Part shown: piece after piece, positions 59,182-64,000 of the stretch | Numbering within the stretch: position 1 is the first letter of the stretch | Layout of the letters: each line of letters starts with the position of its first letter | NCBI GenBank assembly: GCA_963771355.1 | Contig: CAVYTA010000002.1 | Span: 66,481-130,480 of the forward strand | Direction: 5' to 3' | Length of the DNA: 64,000 bases | DNA from: an uncultured Candidatus Rokubacteria bacterium | Lineage (GTDB): Bacteria; Methylomirabilota; Methylomirabilia; Rokubacteriales; CSP1-6 | The notes under the pieces: generated by a model | What the model was told of the DNA's origin: nothing | Databases searched by the model: none | What the model saw: only the letters and a program-made list of their open reading frames with translations | Position numbers and translations under genes: made by a program

Positions 59182-60102
59182 TCACCTCAGTGGCCCCGCG
59201 TCGCGTATGGTACCGCGGTCCGCGCCGGCACGTCTTCGCGCAGGGCCGGCTTCGAGATCGTCCGCCAGCTCGCGCGAGATCTGCGTCAGCGGAAGCCGGC
59301 ACTCCGGCGACCCGATCAGGCCTTGCCGCCAGAGCGCGTGCTTGATGGGCATGGGATTGGCTTCCCGGAAGAGCAGCGGCACCAGGGACTCGAGCCCGGC
59401 CCAGACCGCGCGCGCGGCGCGGTGGTCGTTCGCCTGCATCCTCTCGTAGACCTCCACGAACCGCTCCGTGCGCAGATGCGCGGAGGCGAGGATGCCGCCG
59501 TCGCCGCCGTGGGCCAGCATGGTGTAGAGCGAGGCGTCGTCACCCGTCATGACCGCGAACCCTCCCGGCCGGTGCCGCAGCAGCTCGAGGGACTGGGCCA
59601 GATTGCCGGACGAGTCCTTGACGCCGACGATGTTGGGGAGCTCGGCCAGCCGGAGGAGGGTGTCATTGGCGAGGTTGACGCTCGTCCGGTACGGAATGTT
59701 GTAGATGAGGATGTCCCGCGGGGTGGCCTCGGCGATGCGCGTGAAGTGCGCGCGCAGGCCGTCCTGGCTCGGGCGATTGTAATAGGGGCACACGGAGACG
59801 ATGCCCGCGAAGGGATACCGCTCGAGCCGCGCGAGGGTCTTGAGCACCTTGGCGGTGGCATTGCCGCCGATGCCCACGAAGATCGGGACGCGGCCCGCGA
59901 CCACGGCCACCGTCCGGTCCACGATGGCCTCCATCTCGTCCTCGTCCAGCGTGGGGCTCTCGCCCGTGGTGCCGAGCGGGAAGATGCCCGTCACCCCGCG
60001 GGCCAGGTAGTGCGCGAGCAGCCGCTCGTAGCCGGCGAGGTCCACCGCCCCGTCCACGAACGGCGTGATGATCGGCAGCCAGATCCCCGAGATCTCCGTC
60101 AT
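59182..60102 (-). CDS. dapA: 4-hydroxy-tetrahydrodipicolinate synthase
   Basis: ITPF, GTTGES, PYYNRP, YNIPYRT, VGVKDS, EANPMPIK. Confidence 0.9.
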   Translation of the reverse strand: MTEISGIWLPIITPFVDGAVDLAGYERLLAHYLARGVTGIFPLGTTGESPTLDEDEMEAIVDRTVAVVAGRVPIFVGIGGNATAKVLKTLARLERYPFAGIVSVCPYYNRPSQDGLRAHFTRIAEATPRDILIYNIPYRTSVNLANDTLLRLAELPNIVGVKDSSGNLAQSLELLRHRPGGFAVMTGDDASLYTMLAHGGDGGILASAHLRTERFVEVYERMQANDHRAARAVWAGLESLVPLLFREANPMPIKHALWRQGLIGSPECRLPLTQISRELADDLEAGPARRRAGADRGTIRDAGPLR

Positions 60103-60126
60103 GCGCGTCTCCTCTCCGATGCCCGG

Positions 60127-60163
60127 AAAACACAAAGGCCCGCGACCGGGTGGTCGCGGGCCT
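60127..60163 (-). terminator. Rho-independent terminator in the dapA 5' leader (attenuator)
   Basis: Perfect 12-bp stem (60136-47/60152-63), 4-nt loop, U-rich tail TTGTGTTTT on the minus strand. Confidence 0.85.
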
Positions 60164-60188
60164 CATGAGTCCGGGGAATGTCGTTAAC

Positions 60189-60296
60189 TTACGACCGGGG
60201 CTCTCCTCCGGCGCGCGCCACCACCGTCGCTGGGCGTCCCGGATACCGGGACCCCAGCCGGCTCTTGTCACCGGCGCGCTTCATCCGTGCATACAT
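60189..60296 (-). CDS. Putative dapA leader peptide MYARMKRAGDKSRLGSRYPGRPATVVARAGGEPRS
   Basis: ATG 9 nt after the -10 box (alternative ATG at 60284); TAA about 25 nt before the terminator. Confidence 0.5.
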   Translation of the reverse strand: MYARMKRAGDKSRLGSRYPGRPATVVARAGGEPRS

Positions 60297-60305
60297 GCTT
60301 CGACG

Positions 60306-60335
60306 TTTATACGGGGGCACCGCCGCCGGTGTCAA
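60306..60335 (-). promoter_or_regulatory. sigma70-type promoter for dapA
   Basis: TTGACA (60335-60330), 18-bp spacer, TATAAA (60311-60306). Confidence 0.8.
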
Positions 60336-60422
60336 GGGCGCCGGCCTCACCGATCCTGAGAATCCGGGCGCGGTGAGGCACCTTGTGTCACGATCGGGGA
60401 GCGCAAGGAGGCGTCGACACGG

Positions 60423-62222
60423 ATGACCACCCCGACCGGGCGGATTCACGAGATGGAGCACCACACCGCGGAGCGGGCCACCACGCGCCCGGTCGTCTCC
60501 GGCACCCAGGGCGTGGTCACGGCGGGCCATCCCCTCGTCGCCATGGCCGGCCTGCGCATGCTGATGGCGGGTGGCAATGCCTTCGACGCGGCGGTGGCCG
60601 CCGGCTTCGCCGCCGCGGTGGTGGAGCCCACCGCGTCCTATACGCTCTGCGGCGAGTGCGTGGCGCTGGTGTACGACGTGCGCCGGGGCGACACGCGGGC
60701 GCTGAGCGGCCAGGGCACGGCGCCCGCGCTGGCCACCATCCCCTTCTTCCGCGGGCGCGGGCTCGACCGCATCCCGACCGGGCCGGCGGCGGACGCGCAT
60801 CTGTCCTTCACCGTGCCCGGCGCGGTGGACGCATATCTCACCTTGCTCGAGACCCACGGCACGCGGACCGTGAGTGAGGTGCTGGCGCCGGCGGTGCACT
60901 ACGCCGAGCGCGGCTTCCCCATGTACGAGTACATGCACCGCATGCTCGAGATGCCGGAGACGCGCGCCCAGTTCGACGTCTATCCGCCGGGCGGCCACGA
61001 CGTCTTCTACCCGGGCGGCCGCGTGCCACCGGTGGGCGCGCTCTTCACCCAGCCCGCGCTGGCGGGTACGCTGCGCCGGCTCGTGGAGGCGGACACGCAG
61101 GCGCGCGGCCACCGCGCCGCGGGGATCGCGGCCGCGCGGACCCGCTTCTATCACGGGGACGTGGCGGCCATGATCGGCGGCTTCTCCGAGCGGCTGGGCG
61201 GGCTCCTGCGCGCCGCGGACCTGGCCGGCTATCGCGCGCAGTTCGACACGCCGGCGCGGATCACCTTCGCTGGACGCGAGATCCTGGGCCAGTCGGTGTG
61301 GACACAGGGGCCCGTGCTCCTGCAGGCCCTCGGCATGCTCGACACGCTGGACCTGCGCGCGCTCGGCCACAACTCCGCGGCCTATATCCACACGGTGACG
61401 GAGGCGCTCAAGCTGGCGTTCGCGGACCGCGAGCGCTACTACGGCGATCCCCAGCACGCGAAGATCCCCGTCGCCGAGCTGCTCTCGCCCGCCTATGCGC
61501 GGGAGCGCGCCGCGCTGATCAAGATGGACCGCGCGGCGCCGGCGGCGCCGCTGCCGGGCGATCCGTGGCGGCAGGGAGCGGCGGGCTCGGGCGCGCCCGC
61601 GCCCGCACGCGTCGCGGAGACCGGCACCCCCGCGCCGGTGGCGGACGGCACCACCCACATCGCCGCCATCGACCGCGACGGCAACCTGATCGCGCTGACG
61701 CCCAGCGGCGGCGTCTTTCGCAAGTCCGCCTTCGCCCCCGAGCTCGGCTGTACGCTCAGCACGCGCAGCGAGATGTTCGTGCTCGAGGACGGCCACCCCA
61801 ATGCGCTCGCGCCGGGCAAGCGGCCGCGCACCACGCTGGTGAGCTATCTCATCTCCGAGCACGGCGTGCCCACCACCACCGTCGGCTGCCCGGGCGGCGA
61901 CGATCAGGCGCAGGCCGATCTCCAGATCGTGCTGAACCTCCTCATCTTCGGGATGAATCCCCAGCAGGCGGTGGAGGCCCCGCGCTTCTCGACCCAGACC
62001 CTGGTCAACTCGTTCTACCCGCGCGCGTACAAGCCGGGCGTGCTCAACGTGGAGCCCGGGATCCCGCCGGGCACCCGCGCGGAGCTGGCGGCGCTCGGCC
62101 ACACCGTCACCGAGATCGGCGCCTGCGGCGTGGGCGCGGTGGTGACGCGACGCGATCCGGAGACCGGCGTGCTGTCCGCCGGGGCGGATCCGCGCCGGCC
62201 GACCTACGCGCTCGCCTGGTAG
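60423..62222 (+). CDS. ggt: Gamma-glutamyltransferase family protein
   Basis: GGNAFDAAVA, VPGAV, AFADR..Y.GDP, TTH nucleophile, PGKRPRTT, GADPR. Confidence 0.9.
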   Translation: MTTPTGRIHEMEHHTAERATTRPVVSGTQGVVTAGHPLVAMAGLRMLMAGGNAFDAAVAAGFAAAVVEPTASYTLCGECVALVYDVRRGDTRALSGQGTAPALATIPFFRGRGLDRIPTGPAADAHLSFTVPGAVDAYLTLLETHGTRTVSEVLAPAVHYAERGFPMYEYMHRMLEMPETRAQFDVYPPGGHDVFYPGGRVPPVGALFTQPALAGTLRRLVEADTQARGHRAAGIAAARTRFYHGDVAAMIGGFSERLGGLLRAADLAGYRAQFDTPARITFAGREILGQSVWTQGPVLLQALGMLDTLDLRALGHNSAAYIHTVTEALKLAFADRERYYGDPQHAKIPVAELLSPAYARERAALIKMDRAAPAAPLPGDPWRQGAAGSGAPAPARVAETGTPAPVADGTTHIAAIDRDGNLIALTPSGGVFRKSAFAPELGCTLSTRSEMFVLEDGHPNALAPGKRPRTTLVSYLISEHGVPTTTVGCPGGDDQAQADLQIVLNLLIFGMNPQQAVEAPRFSTQTLVNSFYPRAYKPGVLNVEPGIPPGTRAELAALGHTVTEIGACGVGAVVTRRDPETGVLSAGADPRRPTYALAW

Positions 62223-62280
62223 CGTGCGGCCGCTCCCCCGCCGTTGAGAGACTCCCGCGGGAGCGGGTCGTCACCGACGG

Positions 62281-62309
62281 TTGACCCCATTCCGCGTCGC
62301 GGGTAGAGT
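62281..62309 (+). promoter_or_regulatory. sigma70-type promoter
   Basis: TTGACC, 17-bp spacer, TAGAGT upstream of the SBP gene. Confidence 0.55.
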
Positions 62310-62352
62310 CGCGTTGCTGTTTCCCACCTAAAGCGTCCGGGAGGACTTGGCC

Positions 62353-63999
62353 ATGCATCAGCACTCCTCCGCCGTGAGTCGTCGCGACCTGTTGAAGCTC
62401 GCCGGTGCCGCCGCGGTGGCGGGCGCCGCGGGCGGCGCCATCGATGTGCTGCGCCCCGACCCCAGCGCCGCCCAGACACCCAAGCGGGGCGGCGTCTTCC
62501 GCTTCCCCGGCTTCGACCCGCCGCATTTCGACCCCCACCAGACCCCACACTGGTGGACCTTCATCTTCACATCCCTGACGCATGGCGGGCTCGTCCGGCT
62601 CAAGGCCGGCCCCAGCGTCCAGCCGGGCACCATGCCGATCGAGCCGCATCTGGCCGAATCGTGGGAGCAGCCGAACGACACGACCTACATCTTCAAGCTC
62701 CGCAAAGGCGTCCGGTGGCACGCCAAGCCCCCCGTCAACGGGCGCGAGCTGACCGCGGACGACGTCGTCTTCACCTTCCAGCGGGCCCTCACGATCAAGG
62801 GCAACCCCATACGCGCCGTCTTCGAGGAGATCGATCGAGTCGAAGCCCTCGACCGATACACCGTGCGCTTCACCATGAATCAGCCCTTCGCGTGGTTCCT
62901 CCAGAGCCCCGCGCTCGCCTCGATCCTGCCCAAGGAGGCCGCCGACAAGGAAGGCCTGTTCAAGAGGCCGGAGACGGTGATCGGCACCGGCCCCTGGATG
63001 CTGGAGCGCTACGAGCCCAACGTGCGGCTGACCTTCGTCCGGAACCCTCACTACTTCCAGCCGGGCCTCCCCTACGTCGACGCCATCGAGGTGCGCATCG
63101 ACACGGACCCCGCCTCCAAGCTCGCCGCGTGGCTCAGTGGCCAGTACGACTTCGCTCCCGAGATCCACATGACCGTACAGCGCACCGATCTCGACGTCGT
63201 CCGGCGCCACAAGCCCAATCTACAGATGACGGAGTTCACCTGGCTGATCTCCACCTTCGCCGCGCCCAAGCTCGAGGTGGCGCCTTTCGGCGACGTGCGA
63301 GTGCGCCGCGCGCTGCACATGGCCGTCAACGGCACCGAGGTCATCGCGGTCAACCCGTTCGGGCACGGGCACGGCGCGTCCAACCCGATCGTCCCCGCGG
63401 CGCTGCGAGAGTGGGCTATCCCCATCGATCAGCTCCCCCCGGAGGGCCGGCAGCTATACGAGGCGAGCCCGGCGGAGGCCAAACGCCTGCTCGCCCAGGC
63501 CGGGCAGAGTGGGCTCAAGTTCCCCGTCGAGTCCACCGGCAGCTGGGGCCCCGCCTTCTCCGACGTCGTCCAGGCCATCCTGAGCCAGTGGAAGAAGGCC
63601 GGCATCGAGACCGAGCTCAAGCTCAAGGAAGGGAATGCCTTCATCGCCAGCAGCATGGCCCGCACCTTCGAGAAGATGATCATCACGCTACGCGGCGGGG
63701 CGACGACGCCCGATCCCTATTTGATGAACCTCCTGCCCGGGAGGCCGCAGAACACCGCGGGGGTGAATGACCCGAAGCTCAACGACATGATCCTGCTCCA
63801 GCGGCGGACTTTCGACGAGAGCAAGCGGAGGGAGATCATCTTCGACATCCAGCGGTACTTCTCCCAGCAGGCCTACCAGCTCTTCGTGAGCCCGGCGGCC
63901 CGCGTGGTTTCGGCCTGGGAGCCGTACGTGAAGAACTTCATGCCGAACATCGGCAACGACTACGGCGGGCGATTGATGAGCGCGTGGCTCGACCGGTGA
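62353..63999 (+). CDS. Peptide/nickel ABC transporter substrate-binding protein (family 5, Tat signal)
   Basis: SRRDLL, LAESWE, KLRKGV.WH, IGTGPW, DVRVRRAL. Confidence 0.93.
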   Translation: MHQHSSAVSRRDLLKLAGAAAVAGAAGGAIDVLRPDPSAAQTPKRGGVFRFPGFDPPHFDPHQTPHWWTFIFTSLTHGGLVRLKAGPSVQPGTMPIEPHLAESWEQPNDTTYIFKLRKGVRWHAKPPVNGRELTADDVVFTFQRALTIKGNPIRAVFEEIDRVEALDRYTVRFTMNQPFAWFLQSPALASILPKEAADKEGLFKRPETVIGTGPWMLERYEPNVRLTFVRNPHYFQPGLPYVDAIEVRIDTDPASKLAAWLSGQYDFAPEIHMTVQRTDLDVVRRHKPNLQMTEFTWLISTFAAPKLEVAPFGDVRVRRALHMAVNGTEVIAVNPFGHGHGASNPIVPAALREWAIPIDQLPPEGRQLYEASPAEAKRLLAQAGQSGLKFPVESTGSWGPAFSDVVQAILSQWKKAGIETELKLKEGNAFIASSMARTFEKMIITLRGGATTPDPYLMNLLPGRPQNTAGVNDPKLNDMILLQRRTFDESKRREIIFDIQRYFSQQAYQLFVSPAARVVSAWEPYVKNFMPNIGNDYGGRLMSAWLDR

Positions 64000-64000
64000 G

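Overview
High-GC bacterial chromosomal segment with about 60 densely packed genes. Most are catabolic or transport genes: 5 luciferase-like monooxygenases, 2 amidases, 3 CoA-transferases, 4 acyl-CoA dehydrogenase-like genes, several alpha/beta hydrolases, ABC/MFS/MATE/EamA transporters, dapA and ggt. The gene repertoire and GC content suggest Candidatus Rokubacteria (Methylomirabilota); this is inference only. I saw no rRNA, tRNA, CRISPR array or intact transposase. Five genes carry isolated +1 insertions that are probably assembly errors. Highlights: (1) a Tat-exported DUF411 protein with an in-frame TGA at a conserved Cys (SPT-U-GCC) followed by a SECIS-like hairpin, i.e. a probable selenoprotein missed by the ORF track; (2) a promoter / leader peptide / terminator attenuator upstream of dapA; (3) a multiply frameshifted locus that reconstructs to a HisKA_7TM-type membrane sensor followed by a PRMT-like methyltransferase core; (4) a ~117-bp palindromic MITE/REP-like element with a second half copy; (5) a PhlABC-like HMGS-DUF35 fusion plus thiolase pair. 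All family assignments are from motif recognition, not database searches.
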